NCBI GenBank assembly: GCA_965248355.1 | Contig: OZ252098.1 | Coordinates: forward strand, 3,552,001-3,616,000 | DNA: 64,000 nucleotides | Reading direction: 5' to 3' | Origin: Candidatus Latescibacterota bacterium | GTDB taxonomy: Bacteria; Latescibacterota; UBA2968; UBA8231 | Shown: piece by piece, positions 10,428-22,000 of the stretch | Numbering within the stretch: position 1 is the first letter of the stretch | Layout of the letters: the number at the start of each line of letters is the position of its first letter | Made by a program: the position numbers and the translations under genes | The notes under the pieces: model-generated | Told to the model about the DNA's origin: nothing | The model's database searches: none | The model's input: the letters and a program-made list of their open reading frames with translations, nothing else

Positions 10428-12266
10428 TCAGCTTCCGGGGTGCAACGGCAGTACGACGTGCGATGGATGGGCGGGGCTGTGCAGGATGGTCTGCTGGGCG
10501 ATCTCCCAGCGGCGCTCGAGGCCGAGGGCCCCCCCGGTGTTGGGGTTCACGTCGAAGCGCGGCCAGTTGCTGCTGCTCATGTCCAGGCGGATGCGGTGGC
10601 CCCGGCGAAAGACGTTGGAGGTCGGATACAGGTGGAACACGAACTCGTACGGGGTCTCCGGCTCCATCAGCTCCGGCCGCGTCCAGCCGTTGCGGTAGCG
10701 GGCTCGGATGATGGAGTCGGTGATGTTCATGGCGTAGCCGTCGGGGTAGTCGCAGGACGGCGGATGGACGTCGATGAGCTTGGCGGCGAAGTCGGTGTCC
10801 CGCGCCGACGAAGCCGCCCAGAGATGCATGACGATGTGGCCGGTGACCTCCGTGTCCTCTCCCAGCTCCGGCGTCTGGAAGGTGACCACGTCCGGCCGGG
10901 TGTTCAGCGGCAACTCGTTCACGCACCCGAAGAAATCGGGCCGCCCCCGCTGGTCGAAGGCGCCGGGCCGGATGATCGTGTCGGCGGCCGAGATGCCGCC
11001 GCCCATGGTGGGCACGGGATCCCGGGGATCGAAGGTGTAGCCCGTCGAGGGCGCTTCCTGCGCTGTGGGCTCCTCGAGGGACAGCCCGCCGCCGGCGCGC
11101 AGGAACCAGGGCGTCTCCACCGTCCCGGGCAGGGGCCAGTCCGGCTCGCTCCGCCAGTAGCCGCCGTGATCCAGGCGGCGGTCGTAGTCGTGCTTGTTCA
11201 TCCGCTGGCTGCCGGTGCCCATGGTGAAGATGCGCACCGGAGACCAGTCGGCGAACTCGGTCTTCAGACCCTTGAGGTAGTGGTCGAACCAGGCCAGGCG
11301 CAGGTCGTTCTGGTTGATCTGCGAGTGGGTCCCGAAGTCGACGTCCCCCGCGTGGGTCACCTCGTACCCGCCGTGCGTCCAGGGGCCCATGAGCAGGACC
11401 TGCGGGGAGCGCTTGATGGCGCTGAGCTTCCTGTAGCTCGCGGGGGTGTTGCGGGCGTAGGAATCGTACCAGCCGCCGAGGTAGAGGGTCGGCACGTCGG
11501 AGTGCTCGTCGTAGTACTCGTCCATGGCATAGCCCCGCTGCCGCCAGTAGTCGTCGAACTCCCCGTGGGTCAGGATGTCGATGGCCCACTGCTCGTAGGA
11601 CGGCAGCCTGCGCAGCACCGTGGCCCCCTTCCTGAGCGGAAACTGGCGAACGATGTCGGGCATGTCCCGGGTGAAGGCCTTCATGATCTCGGCCTGAAGG
11701 CCCGGATCGGCCATGGCCTCCTTGCTGGTCATGGCCATGCGGAAGGCGTAGACGTGGAAGCGCTGCTCCAGGGCGCCGTTCTGGCGCATCGAGCCGTGGT
11801 AGTAGTTGGAGGCGCCCACCGCCACGATCATGGTCGACAGGTGCGAGGGCGCCAGGGTCGCCAGGGCGCTCTGATCGCTGCCGGCGTACGAGCCTCCCAT
11901 GGTGCCGACCTGGCCGTCGCTCCACTCCTGGACTCCGAGCCACTGGACGGTGTCGTGACCGTCCGGCGCCTCCCGGGCGAAGGCGTACCACTCGCCCTCC
12001 GAGGCGAAGCGGCCGCGAACGTCCTGGATCACGGTCACGTATCCCCGGCGTGCGAAGTACTCCGCATTGCTCACCTGCCGGGGCGCCGCCTTGTCATAGG
12101 GAGTCCGCTCGAGGAGGACGGGAAAGGACCCGGCCGCGGCCTCGCCGCCCACCGAGGGAAGGTAGATGTCGGCAGCGAGCCCCACGCCGTCGCGCATGGG
12201 GACCATGACATTCCTCCGGCAGGTCACGTCGTAGGCGATGGGGGAACCATGATATGGAGCCGTCAC
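10428..12266 (-). CDS. CocE/NonD family alpha/beta hydrolase
   Basis: VPMRDGV.LAADIY.P, RTPY, QDVRGRFASEG, GGSYAG nucleophile, GPWTHG, SSSNWPRFDVNPN; GTG start behind AGGAG. Confidence 0.92.
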   Translation of the reverse strand: MTAPYHGSPIAYDVTCRRNVMVPMRDGVGLAADIYLPSVGGEAAAGSFPVLLERTPYDKAAPRQVSNAEYFARRGYVTVIQDVRGRFASEGEWYAFAREAPDGHDTVQWLGVQEWSDGQVGTMGGSYAGSDQSALATLAPSHLSTMIVAVGASNYYHGSMRQNGALEQRFHVYAFRMAMTSKEAMADPGLQAEIMKAFTRDMPDIVRQFPLRKGATVLRRLPSYEQWAIDILTHGEFDDYWRQRGYAMDEYYDEHSDVPTLYLGGWYDSYARNTPASYRKLSAIKRSPQVLLMGPWTHGGYEVTHAGDVDFGTHSQINQNDLRLAWFDHYLKGLKTEFADWSPVRIFTMGTGSQRMNKHDYDRRLDHGGYWRSEPDWPLPGTVETPWFLRAGGGLSLEEPTAQEAPSTGYTFDPRDPVPTMGGGISAADTIIRPGAFDQRGRPDFFGCVNELPLNTRPDVVTFQTPELGEDTEVTGHIVMHLWAASSARDTDFAAKLIDVHPPSCDYPDGYAMNITDSIIRARYRNGWTRPELMEPETPYEFVFHLYPTSNVFRRGHRIRLDMSSSNWPRFDVNPNTGGALGLERRWEIAQQTILHSPAHPSHVVLPLHPGS

Positions 12267-12339
12267 TGTGCGCTCTCCTGTGGACGGGTGGTCCCGGATC
12301 GTGGCGCTCCCCACGGACCCGGGAGGCGGTACCGGGGGA

Positions 12340-13836
12340 TCAGCCCCCGGCGGCCGCCGGGTCTTCGGGCCGCAGGGCGCGGAACCGACCGTAGGCCTCG
12401 TCCCAGCGGCCGTCGTCTCCGGACGGGGTGAAGGTCCGGGGCTCGAAGGAGGCGCGCACCACGGCACGGATGTCGCCGGCCGAGCCGAGCCGGCCGAGAC
12501 CGAGGGCCTGCACGAGGAGGTTGCCGATCGCCGTGGCTTCCGCCGGCCCGGCGACGACCGGACGGCCGGTGGCGTCGGCGGTCAGCTGGCAGAGCAAGGT
12601 GTTGCGGATGCCTCCGCCCACCACGTGGACCGGCTCCAGGCGCCGGCCCAGGACCTCCTCGAGGCGCTCGAGGACCCAGCGGTACTTCAGGGCCAGGCTC
12701 TCGAGCAGACAGCGGATGACGGCGCCCTCGCCGGCGGGCTCGGGCTGTCCCGTCTCCCGGCAGAACGCGGCCACCCGGCCGGGCATGTCCCCCGGCGGCA
12801 GGAAGCGCCCGTCGTCCGGATCGACGAGGGGACCGAACCCCGCGGCCTCCTCCGCGGCCCGGGCGAGCTCGCCGTAGGAGAGATTGCGGCCGGCCGCCGC
12901 CCAGGTCCGGCGGCACTCCTGCACCAGCCAGAGGCCCATGATGTTCTTCAGGAACCGGAAGGTGCCGCCCACGCCGCCCTCGTTGGTGAAGTTGTACCGC
13001 AGGGCTCCCGCCGAGAGCTCGGGGGCCCCCAGCTCGGCCCCCATGAGGGACCAGGTTCCGGAGCTGATGTAGGCGAAGTCCGGACCTTCGGCGGGGACCG
13101 CCGCCACCGCGGCGCCGGTGTCGTGGGTGGCCGGCGCCACCACGGGGATCCCCGAGGCCAGGCCGCAGTCGCGGGCGACCGTGCCCAGCAACGGTCCGAT
13201 CCGCGTGCCCGGGGGAACGATCTCGGGCAGGATGCGGTGCGGGAGGCCGAGGGCCTCGAAAAGCTCCGTGGACCAGCGTCCCCGGCGCGGGTCGTAGAAC
13301 TGGGTCGTGGTGGCGTTGGTGAACTCGCAGACCCGCTCCCCGGTGAGGAAGTAGTGCAGCAGGTCGGCCATCATCAGCAGGCCGTGGGCGGCGCCCAGCT
13401 GCGGAGCGGACTCCTCCTGCATGGCCAGCAGCTGGAAGAGGGTGTTGATCGGCAGCAGCTGCACGCCCGTGGCTGCGAACAGCCGCTCCCGGGAAACGCG
13501 CTCCAGGGCCCGCTCCAGCACCCCCTCCGTGCGCGGGTCCCGGTAGTGGCGGGGGTTGTCGAGCAGGGATCCGTCGGCGGCCAGCAGGCCGAAGTCGACG
13601 CCCCAGGTGTCGACGCCCACCGAGGAGATCCCGGCGCCCGCCGCCGCGGTCAGCCCGCGTTTGATCTCCTCGTGCAGGCGCAGCACGTCCCAGTAGAGCC
13701 GGTCGAAGACGGCGGTAGCCCCCGTGGGAAACCGGTGCAGCTCCTCCAGCTCCAGGCGCCCGCCGTCGAAGCGGCCGAGGATGGCGCGGCCGCTCTCGGC
13801 GCCGAGATCGAAGGCCAGGAGCGGATCGCCGGTCAC
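12340..13836 (-). CDS. rhaB: rhamnulokinase-family carbohydrate kinase (FGGY)
   Basis: LAFDLGAESGR, DTWGVDFGL, HDT, SSGTWSL, TNEGG, FLKNIMGLW. Confidence 0.88.
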   Translation of the reverse strand: MTGDPLLAFDLGAESGRAILGRFDGGRLELEELHRFPTGATAVFDRLYWDVLRLHEEIKRGLTAAAGAGISSVGVDTWGVDFGLLAADGSLLDNPRHYRDPRTEGVLERALERVSRERLFAATGVQLLPINTLFQLLAMQEESAPQLGAAHGLLMMADLLHYFLTGERVCEFTNATTTQFYDPRRGRWSTELFEALGLPHRILPEIVPPGTRIGPLLGTVARDCGLASGIPVVAPATHDTGAAVAAVPAEGPDFAYISSGTWSLMGAELGAPELSAGALRYNFTNEGGVGGTFRFLKNIMGLWLVQECRRTWAAAGRNLSYGELARAAEEAAGFGPLVDPDDGRFLPPGDMPGRVAAFCRETGQPEPAGEGAVIRCLLESLALKYRWVLERLEEVLGRRLEPVHVVGGGIRNTLLCQLTADATGRPVVAGPAEATAIGNLLVQALGLGRLGSAGDIRAVVRASFEPRTFTPSGDDGRWDEAYGRFRALRPEDPAAAGG

Positions 13837-13891
13837 GGGCGGTCCGGATCCCGGCGCCGGTCTCGTGGCACGATGCGTGCACCGGGCGACA

Positions 13892-14170
13892 CTAGAGGTA
13901 GTTCAGGCCGAGTTCGGCGATCAGCTGGCGGGTGGGGTTGTGCAGCAGGGAGCAGATGAGGGCGACGCCGAACTCTCGCTGCAGCCCGGCGGCGTAGGAG
14001 GACTGCTCGTCGCGGTAGTTGAGCCGCTGGAAGCCCAGGACGGTGTCCTTGAACTGGTCGGTGCGCTCACAGATCACCAGCTCGGCCAGCTCGGAATGGC
14101 GGAGGGCTTCCTCGACGTAGTCCTCGCCGAAGATCTCCTCCAGGGCCGTGCGCAGCTGACGGTGAAGCAT
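13892..14170 (-). CDS. hypothetical protein (92 aa)
   Basis: ATG start, host-like codon usage, protein-like helical composition. Confidence 0.7.
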   Translation of the reverse strand: MLHRQLRTALEEIFGEDYVEEALRHSELAELVICERTDQFKDTVLGFQRLNYRDEQSSYAAGLQREFGVALICSLLHNPTRQLIAELGLNYL

Positions 14171-14179
14171 CGGTGCCCC

Positions 14180-14452
14180 TCAGAAGGGGTAGACTTCGTC
14201 CAGGCGGCGGAGGGTGCGGCTGCGGGCCTGGCTCTCGGCAGACTTGCCGGCCACGCCTGACTCCGGGACCCGCGCCCGGTCCACGGGCATCTGGATCACC
14301 GGGCGCCGCAGCCAGGCCAGCAGGACGAGACCGGCGTCGAGGGGCGCCGGCGGCCGCAGCTCCAGGCGGAAGACGAGGACGGCGCCCAGGAACCGCCCGA
14401 GCACCGAGCGGCGGGCGGGAGCGCTCCGGAGCTCCGCGGCGGCGGTGCTCAC
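14180..14452 (-). CDS. small hypothetical protein (90 aa)
   Basis: GTG overlapping the purC stop (GTGA); fills the gap to the next gene; no motif recognised. Confidence 0.45.
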   Translation of the reverse strand: MSTAAAELRSAPARRSVLGRFLGAVLVFRLELRPPAPLDAGLVLLAWLRRPVIQMPVDRARVPESGVAGKSAESQARSRTLRRLDEVYPF

Positions 14453-15438
14453 GCCGGCTCCCCCTCGAGGGCGAAGAACGGCTCGATCGCCCTTTCGATG
14501 CGGTCCTTCACGCTGCCGTCCTCCCCCACGTCGGGCTCGAAGGTCTGTCCCGTGACCCGCTCGAAGAGGTCTAGGTAGCGCTCGGCGACCTCGATGCGGA
14601 TCTCGTCGTCGAGGGTTGGAATGTGGCCGTCGGAGATCCCCTTGTCCTTCAGCCACAGGCGGAGGAACTCCTTGTCCAGGCTCTCCGGCTCGTCGCCGCG
14701 TCCATGGCGCTCCTCGTAGCTCTCCAGGATCCAGTAGCGGGAGGAGTCGGGCGTGTGAATCTCGTCGGCCACCGCGATCCGCCCCTCGGGGGTGCGGCCC
14801 ATCTCGTACTTGGTGTCCACCAGGATCAGCCCCTGCTCGGCCGCCAGCTGCTGCCCGCGGGCGAAGAGCTCCAGGGCGATCCCCTCGATCCGGCGCCAGG
14901 TCACCTCGTCGACGAGGCCGCCCTCGACGATCTGCTCCGGCGAGATCGGCTCGTCGTGGTCCTCGGACTTGGTGGTGGGAGTGATGATGGGCTCCTCGAA
15001 GGGCTGGTTCTTGGCCATGCCGTCGGGGAGCCGGTTGCCGCAGAGTTCGCGCACGCCGCGCGCGTAGTGGGTCCAGGCCGAGGTCTCGGTGCTGCCCGTC
15101 AGGTACCCGCGCACGACGACCTCCACGGGGAACATGTCCAGCTCCCGGGCCACGGTGACGCTGGCGTGCGGCACCTGGAGCACGTGGTTGGGCACGATGT
15201 CGGCGGTGCGCTCGAACCAGTACTGGGCGATCCGGTTGAGGACCTGGCCCTTCAGGGGAATCGTGCCCAGGACGTGATCGAAGGCGCTCTGCCGGTCGGT
15301 GGTGATCAGGATGCGGCGGTCCGCCAGCCGGTAGATGTCCCGAACCTTGCCCTTGTGGTAGGAGTCGGACCAGCGCTCGAAGCGGGCCTCGATCAGGCAA
15401 TCGTCAAGCAGGTTGCGGAGCTGTTCGCGGCTGACCAC
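14449..15438 (-). CDS. purC: SAICAR synthase
   Basis: GKVRDIY, TDRQSAFD, KGQVLN, VEVVVRGYLTGS, TPTTK, LVDTKYEMG, DEIHTPDSSRYW, DKEFLR. Confidence 0.96.
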   Translation of the reverse strand: MVSREQLRNLLDDCLIEARFERWSDSYHKGKVRDIYRLADRRILITTDRQSAFDHVLGTIPLKGQVLNRIAQYWFERTADIVPNHVLQVPHASVTVARELDMFPVEVVVRGYLTGSTETSAWTHYARGVRELCGNRLPDGMAKNQPFEEPIITPTTKSEDHDEPISPEQIVEGGLVDEVTWRRIEGIALELFARGQQLAAEQGLILVDTKYEMGRTPEGRIAVADEIHTPDSSRYWILESYEERHGRGDEPESLDKEFLRLWLKDKGISDGHIPTLDDEIRIEVAERYLDLFERVTGQTFEPDVGEDGSVKDRIERAIEPFFALEGEPA

Positions 15439-15629
15439 CAGGGGGCCTCCGTCGGGTGCGGGTGAGCGGGTTCGGTGAAGGTATCCCGGCCCCTGAAGCC
15501 CGTCAACGAGGGCATCTTGCCTTTCGCTTTCGGGGCGTCGTATGTTACCCCGCGAGCCCGTCGGCGGCGGCGCCCAGGCGCTTCCGGACGGGCTTTCCGC
15601 AACTGCACCACCTACGCCTGGAGGCCGAA

Positions 15630-16112
15630 ATGGTACGGGGGCTGCTGCTCACACTCACGCTGGCGGCGGGGTTGACGGGATGCGGCAGGGAGGCGGAGAT
15701 CGCCGAGCTGAAGCAGTACGTCAAATCGATCCAGAAGTTCCACTCCTTCAACGAGCGCGTGGAGCGGACGATCCTGCGTTTCGACGATCCAAGCCTGGCG
15801 GTGACCGATGTCGACATCGAGGCGGCGCGAGCCATGCTCGACGAGTACGCCGACGCCGTGAATGCCATTCCGGAGCTCGACGACCGTACCATCCGAAACA
15901 TCCACGACCTCTACGAGCGCGCCTTCCAGAGCGCCCGGCTGCTGGCGCGGGACGAGACCGGTGACACCCGGCGGCAGGCCCACTCGGTCGCCATCGGCCT
16001 GCGCAACCTGCGCCGCGACATCGAGCAACGTTTCTACCCGTCGTTGATCGTGCTGCTGGCCCGGGAGAAGCTGGAGGGCGGGGAGTACGAACTGAGTTGG
16101 CCGGACCTTTGA
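15630..16112 (+). CDS. helical lipoprotein of unknown function
   Basis: GGAGG RBS, lipobox LTGC, amphipathic helical mature region. Confidence 0.7.
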   Translation: MVRGLLLTLTLAAGLTGCGREAEIAELKQYVKSIQKFHSFNERVERTILRFDDPSLAVTDVDIEAARAMLDEYADAVNAIPELDDRTIRNIHDLYERAFQSARLLARDETGDTRRQAHSVAIGLRNLRRDIEQRFYPSLIVLLAREKLEGGEYELSWPDL

Positions 16113-16403
16113 TCCTGGCCGAATCCGCCGACGTCGAAGACTACCGGCCGCTCAGGGCCGGGATAGAGGGGATCCGGATTCCGGGACATTGACATTGAGT
16201 CTCCCGTGGCCGGGAGTCCCCCCCCACGGCGCCCCCGCACCCATCTCGATCTCTTCACCGGGCGCGTCCCCGGTCCGGCCATCCGCGCCGACCCGGTGAG
16301 GACAGTCCGCCCCCCCTCCGCGCCAGTTGCGCCAATCTGTCTGGGTGAGACCAGGATTCCGGGAATGGAAACCCGCCGCTGAGGTGGAAGTGGCCGCCGC
16401 GGG

Positions 16404-17957
16404 TCAGGCGCCGGCGGCTGAGCGAAGTCCCCTTCCATCCCTGGGCCTCGTGCCGAGCCGCCGCAGGCTCGAGAGACCCAGCCACGGCTGCAGGCCGGAG
16501 AGGATTCCGGTGTACAGGAATCCCGCGTGGAACAGCACCAGGAAGGGGATCCCCAGGTAGAGCTCCACCTCCCAGGCGCGGAGGATGACGAACACGAAGT
16601 AGCCCGCCATCCCCAACTCCGCCAGGGCCACGATGGTCTTCGAGCCGGCATACTTCGCGCCGGGAAGGGAACCAGTGCCGACCCCGTACTTGGGCGTCCG
16701 CTGGAACCCGGTCCTGTATCCCAGCAATCCCTCGAGCACGGCGCGGGCGTTGTTGAGGCACAAGCTGATGCCGATGGCCATCAGCAGCGGCAGGTACTTG
16801 ATGGAGCTCTTCCAGTCCTCGTACAGGGCCCGCTGGGAGACCAGGTAGTAGCTCCCGATGGCCATGGTCGCCATGGAGAACAGGGGCAGGTCGATGAGGA
16901 ACAGGCGGTGCTCCCAGGGCATGGACTTGCGGATTTCCAGAACCGGCAGCATCAGCACCGCCATGAGCAGCATCAGCACGTAGCAGATGTTCGCTGTCAG
17001 GTGCACGGTCGCCTCCACCTTGACCTTCAGGGGCAGGCGCGCCCGCCACACACGGGGCAGGATCTTGCGGGCGGTCTGCACCGCGCCCTTGGTCCAGCGG
17101 TGCTGCTGGGACTTGAAGGCGTTGATCTCCACCGGCAGCTCAGCCGGCACCTCGATGTCGGGCAGGTACAGGAACCTCCAACCGGCGAGTTGCGCGCGGA
17201 AGCTCAGATCGAGGTCCTCGGTGAGGGTGTCATGCTGCCAGCCGCCAGCGTCGACGATCGCCTGGCGCCGCCAGAGTCCGGCGGTGCCGTTGAAGTTGAA
17301 GAACCGGCCCGACCGGTTCCGCGCCGTATGCTCGATGACGAGATGGCCGTCGAGGAAGATCGACTGGATGCGGGTGAGCACGGAGAAGCGGCGGTTGAGA
17401 TGACCCCAGCGCATCTGCACCATGCCGATCCGTTCGTCGGCGAAGTGGTGGATCGTCTTCTTCAGGACGTCGGCGGGCGGCACGAAGTCGGCGTCGAGGA
17501 GGAAGATGAAGTCCTTGCGGGTCCGGGACAGGCCGGCGGCCAGGGCGCCGGCCTTGTATCCCTCGCGGTTGTCCCGGTGCAGGTAGCGCGCGTCCACCCC
17601 CTGCTCCCGCAGGCGCTCGACGGCGGCCACGGCCCGCTCCCGGGTCTCGTCCGTGGAATCGTCGAGGACCTGGACCTCGAGCCGGTCCTTTGGATAGTCG
17701 AGCCGGCCGATGCTGTCCACCAGACGGTCGACGACGTGATACTCGTTGTAGATGGGCAACTGCACCGTCACCCCGGGCAGCTCCTCGAAGCGCCGCTCCG
17801 GCGCCGGGATCTCCCGGCGGTGGCGGTAGTAGAGGCGCAGCATGAACCACCGGTGAAATCCGTACAGGCTCAGCAGGGCGACGGTGCCGCAATAGAGGGC
17901 GAGGATGGCGATCTGAGCCGCCGTCAAGGCGCCCGGTCCGTGAATCGTCTCTGCCAT
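16404..17957 (-). CDS. processive GT2 glycosyltransferase (cellulose-synthase-like / CslA-like)
   Basis: [35 protein letters not shown]- and C-terminal TM helices. Confidence 0.9.
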   Translation of the reverse strand: MAETIHGPGALTAAQIAILALYCGTVALLSLYGFHRWFMLRLYYRHRREIPAPERRFEELPGVTVQLPIYNEYHVVDRLVDSIGRLDYPKDRLEVQVLDDSTDETRERAVAAVERLREQGVDARYLHRDNREGYKAGALAAGLSRTRKDFIFLLDADFVPPADVLKKTIHHFADERIGMVQMRWGHLNRRFSVLTRIQSIFLDGHLVIEHTARNRSGRFFNFNGTAGLWRRQAIVDAGGWQHDTLTEDLDLSFRAQLAGWRFLYLPDIEVPAELPVEINAFKSQQHRWTKGAVQTARKILPRVWRARLPLKVKVEATVHLTANICYVLMLLMAVLMLPVLEIRKSMPWEHRLFLIDLPLFSMATMAIGSYYLVSQRALYEDWKSSIKYLPLLMAIGISLCLNNARAVLEGLLGYRTGFQRTPKYGVGTGSLPGAKYAGSKTIVALAELGMAGYFVFVILRAWEVELYLGIPFLVLFHAGFLYTGILSGLQPWLGLSSLRRLGTRPRDGRGLRSAAGA

Positions 17958-18031
17958 GGTCTCCCCTCAGGGGCCGTGCGGGAGCGTGGGCCGACCGCGA
18001 TCAGAAGGATCGCTCGCCCCTCGGCATCGCC

Positions 18032-21000
18032 TCAGGGCCGGGCCCTTTCAGGCCTCCCGTGGCAATGCTTGAACTTCTTGCCGCTGCCACAGGGACAGGG
18101 CTGGTTGCGCCCCACCTTCGGTTCGGCCCGCACCGGCGTCTTCCTCGCCGGTCCGCCGCCCTCGCTGCCGGCCGTTGCCAGCCCCTGGTCCCGGGGCCCG
18201 CCTGACGGACGTCCCAGGGGAAGCCCGTCGGCCACGGGCTCGCCCTGCTCCGGGGGAGCCGCGGGACCGGCCGGAAGACCGCGGAAACCGAGGTTGGTCG
18301 CCTCGCGGTGGATGTCGCTGAGCTGACCGCGCCCGACCCGCCCTCGCCGCTCCGGCACCGGTCCGGCATCGAAGCGCAGCTGGAACAGATTGCTCAACGA
18401 CTCGGTATCGATCCGCCCGATGAGGCTCTCGAACATCTCGAAGGCCTCCTTCTGGTAGACCAGCAGCGGATCCTTGCCGCCCACGCCGGCAAACCCGACC
18501 CCTTCCTTCAGCTCGTCCATCTCGTAGAGGTGTTCCTGCCAGCAGGTGTCGATGGTGTGCAGCAGGATGGCCTTCTCCACCTCGTTGAAGGTCCTCTCGT
18601 CGACGACCTGGCGGCGGTGCTCGTACGCGTCCCTGGCGGTCTCGAGCAGCCGCGCCTTCAGGTCGGCGGCCTCGACGCCGTCGCGCTCGGCGACCTCCAC
18701 CGGGAAGGGCGTGTAGAACCGGCTCGAGAAGTCGGCGGCCAGGTCTTCCCAGGTCCATTCGGAGGAGTGCTCGTTGGGCTGCGCGTGGGCGGCGGCCAGG
18801 CCGGAGACCGTCTCGGCGATGATGTCCAGCACCTGGTCCCGGGCGGAGTCCCGCTCGAGGATGTCGCGGCGGCGGTTGTAGATCACCTGGCGCTGCTGGT
18901 TCATCACGTCGTCGTACTTCAGCAGGTGCTTGCGGATCTCGAAGTTGCGCGCCTCCACCTTCTTCTGGGCCCGCTCGATGGAGCGCGTCACCATGCGGTG
19001 CTCGATGACCTCGCCCTCCTCGGCGCCGAGGCGGTCCATCACCGAGGCGATGCGCTCCGAGCCGAAGAGCCTCATCAGGTCGTCCTCGAGGGACAGGTAG
19101 AACCGCGAGCCTCCGGGGTCGCCCTGGCGTCCCCCGCGGCCCCGCAGCTGCCGGTCGATGCGCCGCGCGTCGTGCCGCTCGGTGCCGATCACCTGCAGGC
19201 CGCTCGGATTCTCGGTGAGCTCCTCGGCCAGCGGCCGGCCTCCCACCGGATCCTCCAGGGTCGTCTCCGACTCGATGATGCTGCGATCGATGTGCACGAC
19301 CCCGGGATTCAGCTTGATATCGGTACCCCGCCCGGCCATGTTGGTGGCGATGGTCACCGTGCCCGGCTGGCCGGCATCGGCCACGACCTGCGCCTCCTTG
19401 TCGTGGAAGCGGGCGTTGAGCAGCTGGTGCCTGATCCCCTTGCTCTTCAGCATGCGCGACAGCAGCTCGGAGATCTCCACCGAGATCGTGCCCACGAGCA
19501 CCGGCAACCCGCGCTCGTGAAGCCAGCCGATCTCCTCGATGATGGCGTTGTACTTCTCGCGCTTGGTGCGGAAGATCTGGTCCTCGTGGTCGACGCGGCG
19601 GATCGGCCGGTGGGTGGGAATGACGACCACGTCGAGCTTGTAGATCTCCCACAACTCGGCCGATTCGGTCTCGGCCGTGCCGGTCATGCCGGCCAGCTTG
19701 CGATACATGCGGAACAGGTTCTGCAGGGTGATGGTGGCCACCGTCTGCGTCTCCTGCTCGACCCTGACGCCCTCCTTGGCCTCCAGGGCCTGGTGCAGCC
19801 CGTCGGCGAACCGCCGCCCGGGCTGGGGGCGACCGGTGGACTCATCGACGATGACGACCTTCCTGTCCTCGGTCACCATGTACTGCACGTCGCGCTCGAA
19901 GAGGGTGTAGGCGCGCATCAACTGGTTGATGTTGTGCACCGCCTCGGTGCGCTGCTGATGGTCGCGATAGGCCTCGTCCTCGGCCGTGCGCCGCTCCTCC
20001 TCGCCCAGCGATTCGTCCTTTCGGATGCGGCCGATCTCCTCGCTCACGTCGGGCAGCACGAAGACGGCCTGCTCGTCCGGCGACAACAGGTCGCGGCCCT
20101 TGTCCATCAGGTCGAGGGTGTGGCCCTTCTCGTCGACCGCGTAGTACAACTCGTCGTCGATCTCGGTCATGCGCTTGTCGCGCATGAAGTCGGCCTCGAC
20201 GCGGCCGATGAGGCGCTTTGACCCCTCCTCCTGCAGCAGCTTCATGAGACGCCGGTTCTTCGGGGCGCCGCGCACGGCGCGCAGCAGGGCGATACCCGCC
20301 TCGTACTCGTCCCCGCCTTCCTTGCGCTTGCTCTCGGCCTCGGCCACGAGCTTGTTCACGAGGTTCGTCTGGGCCCGCAGCAGCCTCTCCACCATCGGCT
20401 TGAACTCGGCGTAGCGGCTCGTCGCCTCGGGCACCGGGCCGGAGATGATCAACGGCGTGCGGGCGTCGTCGATGAGGTTGGAGTCGGCCTCGTCGACGAT
20501 GGCGTAGTTGAACTCCCGCTGCACCATGTGCTCGCGGCGGGTGGCCATGTTGTCGTAGAGATAGTCGAACCCCACCTGGTCCTTGGTGGCATATAGGATG
20601 TCGGCCCGGTACGCCTCGTACCGGGTGGCCGGCCGCCAGACGAAGTCCTCGGGGGCGGACTCCGGCGCCGGCAGCAGGTAGGCCTCGGCGCCGCCGGTCT
20701 GGCGCTGGTCCTGGATCACCCCCACGGACAGGCCGAGGAAGCTGAAGACCCCGCCCATCCACATGGCGTCGCGCTTGGCCAGGTAGTTGTTGTGGGTGAT
20801 CAGGTGCACGCCGCGGCCCGGCAGCGCGTTGAGGTACAGGGGCATGGTGGCCACCAGGGTCTTGCCCTCGCCGGTGGCCATCTCGGCGATCTTGCCCTGG
20901 TGCAGCACGGTGCCGCCGAAGAGCTGCACGTCGTAGGGCACCATGAACCACTCCTCGAGCCCCGCGACACCCTCCCAACTGCGCCCCGCGAGCCGGCGGC

Positions 21001-21349
21001 AGGCCTCCCTGACCACGGCGAAGGCCTCGGCCTGGATCTCGTTCAGGGCCTCTTCCTCGACCGAGTGGATCTCCTCGTTGAGGGCCTGGTGGCGATCGTT
21101 GCGGTCTTCGCGCTCCTCCGGCTCCAGGTCGCCGCGAAGCCGCTGCTCGATCTCCTCGATCTCGACGGCCCGGGCCCCGACGCGATCGCGGATCACCTCG
21201 CGGAACCGCACCGTACAGGCGAACAGCTCGGCGTCGGACCGCGATTGCAGCCGCGCCACCTCGTCGTTGATCTCGCCGATGGCCGGCGCGGCCTTCCTGA
21301 ACTCCCGCTCGCCCTGGGAGCCCAGAAGTCTTTTCAGTGAACCCAGCAT
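18032..21349 (-). CDS. secA: preprotein translocase ATPase SecA
   Basis: [50 protein letters not shown]-terminal [17 protein letters not shown]. Confidence 0.98.
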   Translation of the reverse strand: MLGSLKRLLGSQGEREFRKAAPAIGEINDEVARLQSRSDAELFACTVRFREVIRDRVGARAVEIEEIEQRLRGDLEPEEREDRNDRHQALNEEIHSVEEEALNEIQAEAFAVVREACRRLAGRSWEGVAGLEEWFMVPYDVQLFGGTVLHQGKIAEMATGEGKTLVATMPLYLNALPGRGVHLITHNNYLAKRDAMWMGGVFSFLGLSVGVIQDQRQTGGAEAYLLPAPESAPEDFVWRPATRYEAYRADILYATKDQVGFDYLYDNMATRREHMVQREFNYAIVDEADSNLIDDARTPLIISGPVPEATSRYAEFKPMVERLLRAQTNLVNKLVAEAESKRKEGGDEYEAGIALLRAVRGAPKNRRLMKLLQEEGSKRLIGRVEADFMRDKRMTEIDDELYYAVDEKGHTLDLMDKGRDLLSPDEQAVFVLPDVSEEIGRIRKDESLGEEERRTAEDEAYRDHQQRTEAVHNINQLMRAYTLFERDVQYMVTEDRKVVIVDESTGRPQPGRRFADGLHQALEAKEGVRVEQETQTVATITLQNLFRMYRKLAGMTGTAETESAELWEIYKLDVVVIPTHRPIRRVDHEDQIFRTKREKYNAIIEEIGWLHERGLPVLVGTISVEISELLSRMLKSKGIRHQLLNARFHDKEAQVVADAGQPGTVTIATNMAGRGTDIKLNPGVVHIDRSIIESETTLEDPVGGRPLAEELTENPSGLQVIGTERHDARRIDRQLRGRGGRQGDPGGSRFYLSLEDDLMRLFGSERIASVMDRLGAEEGEVIEHRMVTRSIERAQKKVEARNFEIRKHLLKYDDVMNQQRQVIYNRRRDILERDSARDQVLDIIAETVSGLAAAHAQPNEHSSEWTWEDLAADFSSRFYTPFPVEVAERDGVEAADLKARLLETARDAYEHRRQVVDERTFNEVEKAILLHTIDTCWQEHLYEMDELKEGVGFAGVGGKDPLLVYQKEAFEMFESLIGRIDTESLSNLFQLRFDAGPVPERRGRVGRGQLSDIHREATNLGFRGLPAGPAAPPEQGEPVADGLPLGRPSGGPRDQGLATAGSEGGGPARKTPVRAEPKVGRNQPCPCGSGKKFKHCHGRPERARP

Positions 21350-21535
21350 GTGTCTATGGGCCGGCTCGGTGTGGTCGGGACGGGGATCGGGATGCTCGCT
21401 GCCGGGCGCCCGGCGAGGAATCGGGAAAGATACTCGGCGCTGCGGGCGCCGGCCACCGACCGTTCTTCGGCGGCCCTGCGGGACGGACCGGGCCGGGTGG
21501 ACCGTGCTGCCGGCCGCCAGGTTCCACCAGGCGGG

Positions 21536-21994
21536 TCACAACCGGATGCCGCGGGCCCTCGCGATCCCGTCCAGCACGCCGTTGACGAAGGCGTGGGACT
21601 TGCCGCCGCCGTACGTGCGCGCCAGTTCGACCGCCTCGTCGATGGCCACGCGAGGGGGAACGTCATCGAAGTAGAGCAACTCGGCGGCCCCGAGTCGGAG
21701 CACGAGCCCGTCGAGGCGGGCGATGCGGTCGCTGTGCCAGTTGGTGGCGGTGGTCGAGATCAGGTCATCGAGCTCCCGGGCGTGCTCGACGGCCGTCCGC
21801 GCCAGGCGGCTGGCGAACTCGACGTTCTCCCGCCGCAGAGCGGCGGCCGTGGCGCGCTGGTGGAAGGCCTCGTCGAGCTGCCCCGGTGACGCCAGTTCCC
21901 AGTAGAGAACCTCGAGGGCCAGCCGCCGGGCACCGGTGCGGCTGTCCGGCAGCGCCTCCTCTTCGACCCCCCACTCGGCGTCGGCGCCGGTCAA
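21536..21994 (-). CDS. nusB: transcription antitermination factor NusB
   Basis: RRLALEVLY, PPRVAIDEAVELAR, FVNGVLD; ribH-nusB synteny. Confidence 0.93.
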   Translation of the reverse strand: MTGADAEWGVEEEALPDSRTGARRLALEVLYWELASPGQLDEAFHQRATAAALRRENVEFASRLARTAVEHARELDDLISTTATNWHSDRIARLDGLVLRLGAAELLYFDDVPPRVAIDEAVELARTYGGGKSHAFVNGVLDGIARARGIRL

Positions 21995-22000
21995 GGCCTC

